Shown here: positions 20,301-30,344 of the stretch, piece after piece
How the letters are laid out: every line of letters begins with the position of its first letter
Numbering within the stretch: the stretch's first letter is position 1
Source of the DNA: a virus
Taxonomy: Duplodnaviria > Caudoviricetes
Length of the DNA: 61,263 nucleotides
IMG/VR virus record: IMGVR_UViG_3300045432_000021
Coordinates: 1 to 61,263 of that record
Strand: one strand, 5' to 3'
Made by a program: the position numbers and the translations under genes
The notes under the pieces: model-generated
Databases searched by the model: none
Told to the model about the DNA's origin: nothing
Seen by the model: only the letters and a program-made list of their open reading frames with translations

Positions 20301-20695
20301 TTGTCAAATGCAGATGAGCTTAAAGCTTTTACAGAAACACTAGCACTATACTCGTTAGTAGCGGATAGTAAAGTGATGTCAGATGTATCTATACTCAAAC
20401 ATCTACTATCAGCTGTTGAAACGATAGAGTTAAATATAAGAGGTGTTGTAATAGTGTATAATGGACTCTTTTGCTTGAACGATCTGAGAAACTCGCTATA
20501 TTCTTTCTTTTCTGTAAGGTAATGTGAAGTATAATTATTTATAGATGAATTATAAACATTGGAAAATGCAGATATTTCAAGTAAAGACAGTCCGTCATCG
20601 TAGTTTACACGTCTCTGTTTAAACGCATAAAAGGGGTCACTATAAACAGCTGGTAGAGCATATATAGCAGAGACACTTTTAGTCTGTAAATTCAT
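17390..20695 (-). CDS. large virion protein with LamG/ConA-like and propeller-like segments
   Basis: FTVSFDLY...GFHNFTYRFDSIKGNITLFVDG...IRNFLFYDKVLNDTEI (LamG pattern). Confidence 0.65.
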   Translation of the reverse strand: MNLQTKSVSAIYALPAVYSDPFYAFKQRRVNYDDGLSLLEISAFSNVYNSSINNYTSHYLTEKKEYSEFLRSFKQKSPLYTITTPLIFNSIVSTADSRCLSIDTSDITLLSATNEYSASVSVKALSSSAFDNRVSFELEILTNKLLRVKHNTTPSSIIGSRDFYLNYIQTTNNLTFFSYASSIDPRSIVNSERNDVFRYQLDKRGYLTLYKVISGETVKTLIYDNEDLRLTTVDDLSASKNASIIAINYNFTQVDTKNSTSWVSYVPTQLNNLTPNDSKSKYDLPSQYLLHTNYNLESPDYFNLNFITLNNYRTEKGYVSTGTNLLSADRSIPDIDFREYTSLLTGNNQEKGNKNITLNYVFFNKDLVIKSGSDTFFKTPDNMYPFEKININDTDFVSNGSCGGPSPLLSDKIYINRRYTNQFNNGRYLCTWLSASTTDAPGVWLDRYYDDSNNVTPIIDFASSLALEPSTSYRYERIGVDDINNIVVGSAPLLSGFNNYYNTSNVSVAYESNTISYDGTKYNKYIVSPEVNKSGQFTVSFDLYIDQSTDYGFQIAGNKTNTGFGVRSDTVITPFIYTYQNNILYVYNTDHVYISSTKFDRDIRDVIPDKALENFFVICKNGYIYKVDPLGNKIKLEVVSQLTAYKSYLQEENTITFLANDNELDVIEGTCYQLDKLTLEVTTVTSQRWGTYEKSDPYEALSIFRYDNKLYNILGRKVRYTGRDSDILYYNIGDKVVTKHDLQRTEAPIDFVKVSDSLSNTDITITDFNIDNKNNVYIGYKNKVLVYSQNRQAVASVSLSSISSSLSSEETKVLDIDFIKEYRYGEPTFAVTALILTENNKLGLAKFNVYDSNYTNTFTLLPLSGTYTAFAPEIKRYTQTNYQYLDLNYKPDSIKFELTLTNYLSSEEVVSKVIDFDTNTIDEGFHNFTYRFDSIKGNITLFVDGIKHTNLQVPVGKYKYQTIFHEELFLGTLGFFNGIDIATYLKQPGQFFIKDARIRNFLFYDKVLNDTEIYAVNMFGKAIDDIVLSIPAGQRNNTEEVERLFKFSQTSSSKLVDIYIKNLKVEDSEFRQNIINEILSQSKSLLPAGVYINNINFIDFK

Positions 20696-20753
20696 TACTA
20701 TGATTATTTATGCACAATGAGTCAATTCAGAAAATGACTTGTCATAACATTAT

Positions 20754-21386
20754 CTATATATCGTAGTAAGTCTGATCATAATCCTTATAAAGATCGATAA
20801 TATTACAACCTTCAAGTGTATTATCGTCAACTATAATTGGAGATGAGCCGTATCTGTTATATGTGTCAAGAGCAGCTACGTATGTATAGTTACCTAACTT
20901 ACCTTCTAAATTTATAAAGGCATTATTAGAGGAGAGAGGCATAATCTGAGCGCTTAATATATCTATATCTCCTACTTCATCATAATAAGAAGATTGAAAT
21001 ATGTTTATAGGCTGCTCTATTCTCAATGTAGAATTGTCCTTATATATAATAAGCATTTGCATCAAGATACTAGAATTAAAATAACTAGTATTGTTGTAAT
21101 ACAGGTGAGATTTTGTAGTTAAGATACTACCAAGAGGCTTATTATATACTATCTCATCAATAATATTAGAGGTTCTATAATCTACTAGCACTGGCCTAGT
21201 GTAATTTTCGACAGGTGACCCATCTCCCCAATCTATATCTAAATATAATGCTTCAGAGTCACTTTCTACTATATTACTTAAAATATAGTTTATATTAGTC
21301 TTTGACTTTATATCTATACCTGATAGAGTGACTGTGTCCCCTGAGGTAAAGCTAGGTACATTTACTGATATAGTTAAATCTCTCAT
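20754..21386 (-). CDS. putative virion protein (PKD-like)
   Basis: IDWGDGS...SHLY motif; located in the structural cluster. Confidence 0.55.
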   Translation of the reverse strand: MRDLTISVNVPSFTSGDTVTLSGIDIKSKTNINYILSNIVESDSEALYLDIDWGDGSPVENYTRPVLVDYRTSNIIDEIVYNKPLGSILTTKSHLYYNNTSYFNSSILMQMLIIYKDNSTLRIEQPINIFQSSYYDEVGDIDILSAQIMPLSSNNAFINLEGKLGNYTYVAALDTYNRYGSSPIIVDDNTLEGCNIIDLYKDYDQTYYDI

Positions 21387-24385
21387 ATAAATACCTCTGT
21401 TCCTGATATGGTTCCTGTTGTACTATTGCCGCCTATAGAAGCAAATGTAGTATTAACAAAGTCTGTAGTACGTATTGTATTAGAATGCTTGTACCATTTA
21501 CTATCTAAGAACGAAATTAACTGATCACTTGTTATTTCAAATGTATGTTCTACTAAGTGGAAGTGATTATTATTATCCATTAGTATAAATACCAATTTAT
21601 AAACATCGTTTAATGAATTATAAGTCAATATTGGCCTCTTAACTCTTACTGGGTTAAAATTACACTCAGTATCAAACTCATTTGCAAGGGTAAAGTTACC
21701 TGAAAGCGCTACAATTTCGGAACTAGATGGGAATAATTGCTTAGCTGTATTATCTGTTATGTTAAACTGATAGATGTAAGGTAAAAACATCTTATTATTA
21801 CTATTAATAAGATCGGTATTAGTAATATCTGTTACTAATTGACCGAGACTGTTCACAATAGCAGGTACAATTTTGCAGAAGCTTATAGTTTTCTCTTTCT
21901 CATTAAAGAATCTTTGTGAAAAGACATTTAGAGAGGAGGCTGAAGATATACTATACACAGTATTAGCCGTACTTGGCTCGATATAGATACCATTCTCATA
22001 CACTATCTTATCAAAAACAAGGTAGCTTGGAGTTTCAATACATATTGTATTGTAAAATATTTCTAGATCTTTTGGTTTATTGTATATTTCTGATTTAACC
22101 GATGAGCTATACTTACTAAAGATGCTACTTAATGAGTCGCTTATTGACTTGGTGTTAGTAGAGCCACCTGTTTTTGAATATATCCTACCTTGTAATTGAT
22201 CTTTATATGTTTGCGCTCTATATACATTATCTCCAGTTAAAGATGACATTACTGTCAGCCCGGTAGCATAAACTATATCACTGTATGGTATACGCTCATT
22301 ATATGTATCGTCTTGAGCTAATACGAAATTGGTACTGAAGTTACCACCATCATAGTCTGTTACTAAATTACTAGACAGAACAGAGCTAGTATTTAAGGTA
22401 AAATTAGCACTTAACGATACACTATTTGCGTAATCGCGTGCTATAGTAGGAGGCGTTAAACTAGATACACCTCCATCCATTAATTCATCATAATAATACT
22501 CAAACGCACCAGGATAATTTGTAAAACCTGCATAGATAGGATCAGACAATAGTTCACCACTATCATAAGTAAAACTATTACCGTCTTTTAATTGGTAGTA
22601 GACTACTTGATTTAGAGCGGACACACTATTAAAGCTGAGGTCTAATATATCAAACGTATTAACAACGTTATCAGGCGTTTCCTCAAACCAATCATAAGGG
22701 TAAAGATCTCTAAAGTTGAGAGTGTAATAAGGTATTGTTAAAGGGTAAGTAGGTGTAGTACTTACAACAACTGTTCTTGTTGTGAATTCGTATAAAAAAT
22801 TATACCCTAGGGTTGGATCTTTAAAGGTATAGCCGTCCAGCTGTAAGTATTTTAAAGAATTTTCTGATGCATCAACTGTTTGAACTTCAAAAGATTTAAA
22901 AGTTTGTCCAAACTTATCCTTAAAAAGAGCATATTCGTTGCCATATATGTCGTATTGAATCTTAGTTATATAGCCTTGATTGTATAGATCGCTAAAGTTT
23001 AAATTTATCTCAAAATTATTAAACGAATTTATCGTGCTTTGCTCTGTTACGTAGTAGGGTGAAAAGGTTTGGTCGCTTGATTGTACCTTAGGTATACCTA
23101 CTGCAAATCCACTTGAAACATTTCTAACATCTGGTCTATAATCGTGAATATATACTAAGGGACTGTCCTGACTCTTATTTATAGTTACATTTCCATACCG
23201 TTTTGGGTCCGGAAAAACATATATTTTATTTGACTCTAATTTACTCTCATCGACTCTATAGCCAAAGTTATTAGAATTTAATTGAAAAATACCTTGAGTA
23301 TCAGGACTAAAGAATAAACCTACATTTCTAAGAAGTCTAGCTTCGTCTGATCTAACTGTAGGAGTCGAAGCGACCTGCAGATTGTGTATATTGTTAGAAG
23401 GGTTGCTTGCTGTAACAAGTACACCAGAGACAGGAGTACCACTTGTAGTATCAATATAGTATATATCTGTACCTATATACTTTTCTAAAAGCTTTTTCTT
23501 GAGAACTAAAACATCACTATTAGTTAGCCCTGTAACTTTTGAATTATTGAGTAAAGTTAAAGGGTTGGTCGGGTCGCAAACCGGGTCATACTTAAGACTA
23601 ACGTTAGCTATTAAAGGTATCTCGACGAGAAAAGCTACACTACCAAAGATTTCCTCATATTGACTACCTGTAAAAAATAATTTAGCTTCGACTGGATTAT
23701 AGTTTGAAGTATAATAGTCTTTAAATGTTCCGTTAGCAGCGTTAAAATCTGACTGCTCTACATCTAACGGTAGATCAAAGTAACTACCGTAGACGTCTAT
23801 ATATTCTTCTATGTCGACTTTTAAATATTTTGAAATACCTGAAAGAGTAAACCCAAGAGTAGAATATTGCGGATCATCTTGAGCAGAGAAGACGTAGTTG
23901 TAGATATTGTCATATAACCCCTTTTCGAGCGAGACTTCAGTACCCTTAATTTTGTTTCTATCTACAGAATACTTTGCATCATCACGTTTGTTCTTATAGA
24001 AGAGTATGACTTGACGTATCTTCTCAACAAAAAACGGTATTGCTACATCAAGGTCTGCTGGATCATTAAAGTTAATATTACTAAGAAACTTTCTTTCTTT
24101 AGCAGTAGAAAAAGTTACTATAATTTCCTTTATAAAAGCAACATAATAATCAACATAGCTGAGAGACTGACCGTCCCTTGTAGCATTTTTTGAGGCAGAC
24201 CAGTCTTGTAGATAAGTTATGTAAAAATTATTATATTCTTCAGGAGAGTAGTCTACTTTTGTTAAAGTTATAAACTCTAAAAAAGAGAACGGGGCGTTGT
24301 TGTCCTCTGCTACTGAAAAATCTACATCTGGATTAGTAATTGAGGTAGGTACTAAATTTGTAGCATATGTAATTGCAGCTGCCAT
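21383..24385 (-). CDS. large putative baseplate/virion protein
   Basis: 1000 aa; in the structural operon; late box 6 nt upstream. Confidence 0.65.
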   Translation of the reverse strand: MAAAITYATNLVPTSITNPDVDFSVAEDNNAPFSFLEFITLTKVDYSPEEYNNFYITYLQDWSASKNATRDGQSLSYVDYYVAFIKEIIVTFSTAKERKFLSNINFNDPADLDVAIPFFVEKIRQVILFYKNKRDDAKYSVDRNKIKGTEVSLEKGLYDNIYNYVFSAQDDPQYSTLGFTLSGISKYLKVDIEEYIDVYGSYFDLPLDVEQSDFNAANGTFKDYYTSNYNPVEAKLFFTGSQYEEIFGSVAFLVEIPLIANVSLKYDPVCDPTNPLTLLNNSKVTGLTNSDVLVLKKKLLEKYIGTDIYYIDTTSGTPVSGVLVTASNPSNNIHNLQVASTPTVRSDEARLLRNVGLFFSPDTQGIFQLNSNNFGYRVDESKLESNKIYVFPDPKRYGNVTINKSQDSPLVYIHDYRPDVRNVSSGFAVGIPKVQSSDQTFSPYYVTEQSTINSFNNFEINLNFSDLYNQGYITKIQYDIYGNEYALFKDKFGQTFKSFEVQTVDASENSLKYLQLDGYTFKDPTLGYNFLYEFTTRTVVVSTTPTYPLTIPYYTLNFRDLYPYDWFEETPDNVVNTFDILDLSFNSVSALNQVVYYQLKDGNSFTYDSGELLSDPIYAGFTNYPGAFEYYYDELMDGGVSSLTPPTIARDYANSVSLSANFTLNTSSVLSSNLVTDYDGGNFSTNFVLAQDDTYNERIPYSDIVYATGLTVMSSLTGDNVYRAQTYKDQLQGRIYSKTGGSTNTKSISDSLSSIFSKYSSSVKSEIYNKPKDLEIFYNTICIETPSYLVFDKIVYENGIYIEPSTANTVYSISSASSLNVFSQRFFNEKEKTISFCKIVPAIVNSLGQLVTDITNTDLINSNNKMFLPYIYQFNITDNTAKQLFPSSSEIVALSGNFTLANEFDTECNFNPVRVKRPILTYNSLNDVYKLVFILMDNNNHFHLVEHTFEITSDQLISFLDSKWYKHSNTIRTTDFVNTTFASIGGNSTTGTISGTEVFI

Positions 24386-24394
24386 TTAATATAT

Positions 24395-26554
24395 TTAATC
24401 AAACAAATCGAGACCTTTATATAGCTGATTGCTTATTAAGTTTGCAATAATGCCGTCTTGTTTTGACCACTCAGAGTAAGAAGATACATTAGGGGTTATA
24501 GTAGTATTTGTATCTTCAAAGTTAATAATACTATCCTTTATGGTTCCCTCTACAGTAGATATATGTCTATAAAATGTATAATAATCCTTTATTTTAGTAC
24601 CATAACCTGTATCTGGTAGAACTAATCCCCATCCCCAGTTATCATTATACGCACTTATGATGTAGGTTTTTGAATTAACTGCACTTACGGGTTGGTAGGT
24701 GCTTATGACTTTAAAATTATTACCAAATCTTTCATGAGCTACTAAACTCTGACCTGCTGTAATAGTTTGAAAAATAGATACTGGCTGACCTAAGTTAACA
24801 CCATATACTTCATTATTGCTATAACCTTTAGTATCAAAATCTTCATTATATGCATTAACGCTACCAAACAGTCTCGATTTATTAATAGAGAGGATATCAA
24901 TTAATCTAGATAATTCCGCAGGGTAACGATAATTATTAGCACTAAACTTTAAAGTATCAATATTCAATTCTTCTAATAACGAATACAAGTTATTGATATT
25001 GGAATAATCGAGAACCTTATTGTTGGATATAAAATTAGATATCTTTTCGTAAGTTAATTTACCTATAGTTGTTTGCTCTGAGTCTATAGTACCAAAAATA
25101 TTACCTAAGAACTCATCATACAATACCTTGGTATCTAAAAATAGACTCTGAAGAGAAATATCTTTGAATTTCTGAGTAAGATCTATATCTTCATTTATCT
25201 TAGCTATAGTATACTGACCTCTCACAGGGTAAATATCAAAATTTGTTGATCTACCACTTATAGAAATGCTAACCGATGTTAAGGAATCGACTAGGCTAAT
25301 ACTACTTGACGAGGGTGAATAAGTATCATAACCTATTGATTCACCTGATAGAGTTAAAACACCGCCAATATATGTAAGATAGTTAGGAGTATAAGCTGTT
25401 TGATATATACAGCTTATATACACATCTTTTAAAGGGTCCGGCTGACCAGTAGATGGATTAACAGGTAAAGCACTTGCAGGTAACGTCAGAGTGCCTCTAT
25501 ATACACCGTAAAGTTGATTAGCTGATAATAGAGTTGTATTTGAGGCAAAAACAGCAGAGCTATAAACAGTATTATTCTTTCTCAAAGAAAGAATAAAGCT
25601 ACTCGAAACTGGTTTCTTGAGAGTAAAATTTTCAGTATCCTTAACTTTAACAACAAACCCAATTTTAGTATTAGCGAATTTATTTTTATTTATTGGGTAA
25701 CTTGCTTGTGATGTTCCCTCTGACTCAAGTCCACATGAGGTAATAGATAGGTAACTGTAGTCTGTGTTGTCTAAGATTGTTATACCAGTTAATGTAGTAT
25801 TGAATGTATTGCTAGCGTATAGTAAGCTTCCTGGTTCATAGCCAAAAAATAGATCAACTCTAGGCTTACTGATATCACTCTTAAAGTAAACCGTAGCAGA
25901 GCCAGATGATCCGCAAAAATATGATCCACTATCAGTTGAATTACATCTAATTATATTGGCACCAGATAATTTAAAATATAGATCGTCGTTGCTTGTAGAA
26001 AAGGAGGAAATCTCAACAAACTCTGAAGTATTTTTTGTTATTGGTTGAATTTGATAGAACGAAGAGAACGGATATAAATGACCGTAATAGGCATTAGCGA
26101 GTCCAGTATCAAAGTAATTGTCGTAAGCACCAGAGGCAAACGGTACTATAGTTAATGACGAGCTGTTCTGTGTTTGATAAGATGTAAACCGCGTAATATT
26201 TATTGGTGTCTTAATTTTATTGGCTATTAATAAAATAGGATACACTTCTGTACTAGCTGCTAAAACATTATTAATAAAATTAATAGTAGTAACTGTCTCT
26301 GTATCGGTAGTTACATTACCGAGTCTATCATAAAAATGACAAGTCACCGTATAGACACCAGGTAATCTATAGTAGTGTTGACCTGTTAAAGCTTCTGATG
26401 AAGTACCGTCACCGAAATCCCAGAGTACACGAGTATTAGACCTAACTCCATCCTTATTGAATTCAGGTTTGAAGTAAAAGCTGGTGAAGGGTAAAGTATA
26501 ACTTGACAGGGCGAGTGCGCCAGTGTAATTGAACGTTTTGAATAAGCTCGCCAT
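24395..26554 (-). CDS. PKD-domain virion protein (possible baseplate wedge component)
   Basis: LWDFGDGTSS...HYYRLPGVYTVT PKD motif; directly downstream of gp6. Confidence 0.7.
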   Translation of the reverse strand: MASLFKTFNYTGALALSSYTLPFTSFYFKPEFNKDGVRSNTRVLWDFGDGTSSEALTGQHYYRLPGVYTVTCHFYDRLGNVTTDTETVTTINFINNVLAASTEVYPILLIANKIKTPINITRFTSYQTQNSSSLTIVPFASGAYDNYFDTGLANAYYGHLYPFSSFYQIQPITKNTSEFVEISSFSTSNDDLYFKLSGANIIRCNSTDSGSYFCGSSGSATVYFKSDISKPRVDLFFGYEPGSLLYASNTFNTTLTGITILDNTDYSYLSITSCGLESEGTSQASYPINKNKFANTKIGFVVKVKDTENFTLKKPVSSSFILSLRKNNTVYSSAVFASNTTLLSANQLYGVYRGTLTLPASALPVNPSTGQPDPLKDVYISCIYQTAYTPNYLTYIGGVLTLSGESIGYDTYSPSSSSISLVDSLTSVSISISGRSTNFDIYPVRGQYTIAKINEDIDLTQKFKDISLQSLFLDTKVLYDEFLGNIFGTIDSEQTTIGKLTYEKISNFISNNKVLDYSNINNLYSLLEELNIDTLKFSANNYRYPAELSRLIDILSINKSRLFGSVNAYNEDFDTKGYSNNEVYGVNLGQPVSIFQTITAGQSLVAHERFGNNFKVISTYQPVSAVNSKTYIISAYNDNWGWGLVLPDTGYGTKIKDYYTFYRHISTVEGTIKDSIINFEDTNTTITPNVSSYSEWSKQDGIIANLISNQLYKGLDLFD

Positions 26555-26562
26555 CTAATTAT

Positions 26563-28374
26563 TTATGTATTAACTATGATAATATTATTTGCTAATTTCG
26601 ATATCTCGTAGAAGTAAGCGTATTGAAAATTAGCTAATTTATAATTTTGCGAAGTAGTTATAATATCATACTCAGCATATATCGGATTCCATACTAGACA
26701 GCTAATACCTTGAACCTCAAAGCCTGTATCTATTCTTCTTGTTGCTATACCTTCGACTCCGTATGTATTTAAAATACTATTAGATATATCACTTAAATTA
26801 ACAACAGAACCTAGGCTGAGATTTGCAAACGCGTTTTTAAATATCTCTTGTATAGTTTGTTTTAAGGTTGTCGTATTAATAGTGTTTGTTCTATTTTTAT
26901 ATATAACTAGTCTTGAGCTGTCTATAATAGACAAGGATGGGGTTTCACCTACAAGCTCTAGACCGATATTAAATGCTTTATAGATAGGATCAGCAAAAGT
27001 AATATTATGAGTAAGATCTTTAATTAAATTACACTCATTTAAAATAAGTTGTTTCTGAGACGGGTTTAAATAATTTGGTATTTGCTCAGAAACTATAGTG
27101 TTTGTAGGTACAAGATATAAATTAACATTATTGAAGGTTGCTGAATTAGCGTATCTTACCTGGTTGAATAAAACTCTACTATCGTCATTTGGTCTATTAA
27201 GCCCTATATCGTAAAAATATTTTAAAACAGTCGAGGTATATTCTTCATTCGATAATACCTTAGCAGACTTTACAACACCGTTAAAGTTCTTGCTTATAAA
27301 AAACTCGTAATCAAGACTAGTAACTAATCGGTTTTGTAGTGAAAATATCTTAGGCGCATTTGTACGTATTTCTTCTACTGTCTCCTCATATGCAACAGGT
27401 GTAGAATCGTTCAAGTTAGTAGCTAAAGCATAACTTGAATTATTGATAGTAATAAAGGTAGTCTCGCTTGTATATACATCTGCTGCGATACTTTCAAATG
27501 TTGGCGAGGTAAAAATATTAAATTTAGATCTGCTTATAGCATTAGCAGATATAACACCAGGTGCATTATCAGAAAGCACATAATAAATTTGAACTATATC
27601 ACCCTCTCTTAATTTGTGACCGATAACATCATTACCAAATTTAAATTCATAATTACCATTTTCATTTAACCTCTTCTCGTATTTTAGACTACCAGGAGAT
27701 TCTAAATATAGTGAAGCTGACTCAGTCCATTGCTGCCAAGTACCTGTATCATAGCTCTTAACATATACAGTAAAGGTGTTATCTGATATGAAAGGCTCGG
27801 TAATAGAATTGGTAGCTGGCCTTGTATTAATTACTTTTACGACCTCGAACTCTTCACCAGTGGCTGTATAAGGTAAGTGCTCCTTTATACTGCCTTGATG
27901 TAGTATACTATTACTAATTGATAGTGACTGCTCACCCGCTATTGTTTTTTCAAAAGAAATATCTTTTAAAGTAGTATAATTAACGCCGGAAATATTGACA
28001 TAAGAAAATTTACGGATAGAATAAGGACCTATAGGTAGATTTGAGGTACCTACTAAAGATATGTTAGCTACTGATGTTTGTTTACCTAGTGGCTTGTATC
28101 CTAGATTAGATACAAGTTTATTCATATTCTCGTATAACTCAGCTGTCGTAAAGGTAGATTCAGATGAAGTTGTATTGAGATAAAATAAAAGCGTATGATA
28201 CATATATGCAACGACATCAATAAATGCGTTAATATTAGATCCTTCAAAATTTTGATCTCTAAAGACTTCTGATTCATTAAGCCTCTGTATAATTAAAGAC
28301 TTTAAAGAGGTAGCATCAAAAGTAGCGTATGCGTTTTGAGGTAGGTTATATTCTGTAAAATTTTTAATACTCAT
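26563..28374 (-). CDS. baseplate wedge subunit, T4 gp6-like
   Basis: FD...LK, FRDQNFEGSNINAFIDVVAY, LGYKP, FGNDVIGHKL, ETVEEIRTNAP...QNRLVTSLDY. Confidence 0.9.
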   Translation of the reverse strand: MSIKNFTEYNLPQNAYATFDATSLKSLIIQRLNESEVFRDQNFEGSNINAFIDVVAYMYHTLLFYLNTTSSESTFTTAELYENMNKLVSNLGYKPLGKQTSVANISLVGTSNLPIGPYSIRKFSYVNISGVNYTTLKDISFEKTIAGEQSLSISNSILHQGSIKEHLPYTATGEEFEVVKVINTRPATNSITEPFISDNTFTVYVKSYDTGTWQQWTESASLYLESPGSLKYEKRLNENGNYEFKFGNDVIGHKLREGDIVQIYYVLSDNAPGVISANAISRSKFNIFTSPTFESIAADVYTSETTFITINNSSYALATNLNDSTPVAYEETVEEIRTNAPKIFSLQNRLVTSLDYEFFISKNFNGVVKSAKVLSNEEYTSTVLKYFYDIGLNRPNDDSRVLFNQVRYANSATFNNVNLYLVPTNTIVSEQIPNYLNPSQKQLILNECNLIKDLTHNITFADPIYKAFNIGLELVGETPSLSIIDSSRLVIYKNRTNTINTTTLKQTIQEIFKNAFANLSLGSVVNLSDISNSILNTYGVEGIATRRIDTGFEVQGISCLVWNPIYAEYDIITTSQNYKLANFQYAYFYEISKLANNIIIVNT

Positions 28375-28375
28375 T

Positions 28376-28861
28376 TTATACAAAGTTGTAGCCGTCTATA
28401 TTTAAGACCCCTTTCAGTGAAAGTTGATAAACTTCTAATTCTGGTATAGAGAATTCAAGATTTATTACATATTCCATATCATCTATGTTTGCAAGTACCT
28501 CTATAAAATCAATAGAGATTCTAGGCTCTTGAATAGCAATACCGTCAAGTATAGTTTGAGCTAAAAAGAAAGCTTTATTCTCCGAAACTGTCTCAAAAAG
28601 ATATACTCTAAGATCTAATCCAAATAGAGGATTTAATAACTTCTGACCTGGCGTTGTAGAAAGAATATTTTTAAAAGCATTTACTACCGCATCTCTATCT
28701 GTTATATACGCTAGATCTTTTGTTTCTCTCTTAGAGTACATTTCATTACCTTTAAGATACGTAGATGTCAAATCAAGCTTTATATCTTTGTATAAGTAGC
28801 CTCTAGATATAGCAGCTTGTATATCAGTAGGTCTTTGAACGATATTTAATTTTATAGCCAT
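28376..28861 (-). CDS. baseplate wedge subunit, T4 gp25-like
   Basis: YKDIKLDL...AVVNAFKNILSTTPGQKLLNPLFGLDLRVYLFE...EPRI. Confidence 0.9.
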   Translation of the reverse strand: MAIKLNIVQRPTDIQAAISRGYLYKDIKLDLTSTYLKGNEMYSKRETKDLAYITDRDAVVNAFKNILSTTPGQKLLNPLFGLDLRVYLFETVSENKAFFLAQTILDGIAIQEPRISIDFIEVLANIDDMEYVINLEFSIPELEVYQLSLKGVLNIDGYNFV

Positions 28862-28934
28862 ATATTATTCTTTGACAGTTTTTTTATTATAAGCTCTCTT
28901 ATCCTTTCTAACGTACAGCATATAGATATTTATG

Positions 28935-28950
28935 CGAACTATTATATAAT
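28935..28950 (+). promoter_or_regulatory. CGAAC-N5-TATAAT promoter
   Basis: CGAAC TATTA TATAAT, 5 nt before ATG 28956. Confidence 0.6.
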
Positions 28951-28955
28951 AAGGC

Positions 28956-29225
28956 ATGAAGTTTAGAAACATACCTGTCTCTATTAACGTTGATTTAGTT
29001 CATGTAACTACATCAAGAGTATGTGCGGAGCTACCACTAGCAATCAAGCAGACTTTTAATATACCAGACGAAGCGTATATTAACAAGAACAATGAATGGT
29101 CAATTCATAGATTCTCATCTCACATTATTGAAGAGGTAATCAGACCTGCAACCAAAGAAGAACAAGATTTAATGAAAGCTTTGCAGCTAATTACTAGTTA
29201 CGTTCAAGAGAACGTTGCTGACTAA
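28956..29225 (+). CDS. hypothetical protein
   Basis: 89 aa ORF behind the promoter motif. Confidence 0.7.
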   Translation: MKFRNIPVSINVDLVHVTTSRVCAELPLAIKQTFNIPDEAYINKNNEWSIHRFSSHIIEEVIRPATKEEQDLMKALQLITSYVQENVAD

Positions 29226-29498
29226 TTACCAATTAGCGCAGGAAAGAGCTTTAGCAGTTCCTGGCTTAGCTGAGGAACACTTATGACGAGCCCTAAAAGC
29301 TTTACGCTTTTTAGGGTTTGATTTTTTTATTCGACGTTTAGGATCACCGTAGTGAACTCTCTTAAGCTTGCCGTCAACCCTTACACATCTCATATATTTC
29401 TTCGAAGGTCTTGTAGATGATTGCTGTTTTGTAACTTTCGTACAACGAGCACCTGCCTTTTCTTCCAATATCTCTGCTACAAGTTTGTCGAATTCCAT
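29226..29498 (-). CDS. small basic protein of T4-like phages, possible head-internal protein
   Basis: KKYM...KRVHYGDP...RRKAFRARHKC...SCANW motif, recurrent in large T4-like phages; late box 5 nt upstream. Confidence 0.75.
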   Translation of the reverse strand: MEFDKLVAEILEEKAGARCTKVTKQQSSTRPSKKYMRCVRVDGKLKRVHYGDPKRRIKKSNPKKRKAFRARHKCSSAKPGTAKALSCANW

Positions 29499-29530
29499 GT
29501 AATTATTTAATAAAAGGACTAAATATTTGT

Positions 29531-30106
29531 ATGGTCAAAAGATATTTAACCTTAGTTGAAACGTACCTCTCTAGATATGAAAGAGGTGGATTTTTAGTAG
29601 GAGATGTTTTTAAGTTTAATGATAACTTTAAATCTGGTGAGACGTATAAAAAGTTAGGTCAAAATTCTAAAGATCTAATAGATCAGATGATAGAAACTGG
29701 TCTCCATGTTAGAGTTGTAGGTATCAAAGACACAACTTCACCTAGATATCCAGGCAATCCACAGACCTCATCTGCAGATGTTTCATTGACCTTAGCTCTA
29801 GATTCAGGAGGCGGTAGATATACCCATTATGTAAATGTTTCACCTGAACTAGGTGAGCCTGCTTCTTTCTATCCTAATCTACCACCTATACCTGATGCTG
29901 TTGTACGTAAGAACAATACAAATGTTAAACCTAAAGAGGTAGAACCTATTGATCATATTTCAAATAAGTCAGACAAAGGTGACGGTAAGTTATCTAACAC
30001 TAACCTAGCCTTACCTACTAAGAATACTGAATTACCAAGTAACGCAGCGACTCCATCACCTGCACAAGCTTCCTATACTCATGACTACCTTGGTGGTTTA
30101 AAATAA
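29531..30106 (+). CDS. hypothetical protein
   Basis: 191 aa; ACTAAATA 5 nt upstream. Confidence 0.75.
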   Translation: MVKRYLTLVETYLSRYERGGFLVGDVFKFNDNFKSGETYKKLGQNSKDLIDQMIETGLHVRVVGIKDTTSPRYPGNPQTSSADVSLTLALDSGGGRYTHYVNVSPELGEPASFYPNLPPIPDAVVRKNNTNVKPKEVEPIDHISNKSDKGDGKLSNTNLALPTKNTELPSNAATPSPAQASYTHDYLGGLK

Positions 30107-30339
30107 TGGAATCTTTAGCTAGACTTGTTGTTGTAGTTTTACTAACTGTAGCTCTCATAGGTCCGGCTACCGTAGCAATATCTTTATTTGACTCGATACC
30201 TGTATTCTTTGTATGGGTAGCAGCTTTGCTTTCACTAGCTTCTAGCGTCGGTATGATCGCTACAAAAATACCAATAATGTGGATAGGTTTAATTCCTGCA
30301 ATTTGTGCAGTTGTTAGTTTGTATATTAGATATAAATAA
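30106..30339 (+). CDS. small membrane protein (3 hydrophobic segments)
   Basis: 77 aa, almost entirely hydrophobic; TAATG overlap with the upstream gene. Confidence 0.65.
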   Translation: MESLARLVVVVLLTVALIGPATVAISLFDSIPVFFVWVAALLSLASSVGMIATKIPIMWIGLIPAICAVVSLYIRYK

Positions 30340-30344
30340 ATGTA

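Noticed and set aside
28862-28955. tRNA or structured ncRNA in the larger intergenic gaps
   Set aside because: The gaps are short and AT-rich with no cloverleaf or T-loop signature visible by eye; tRNAscan/Infernal would be needed to exclude this fully.
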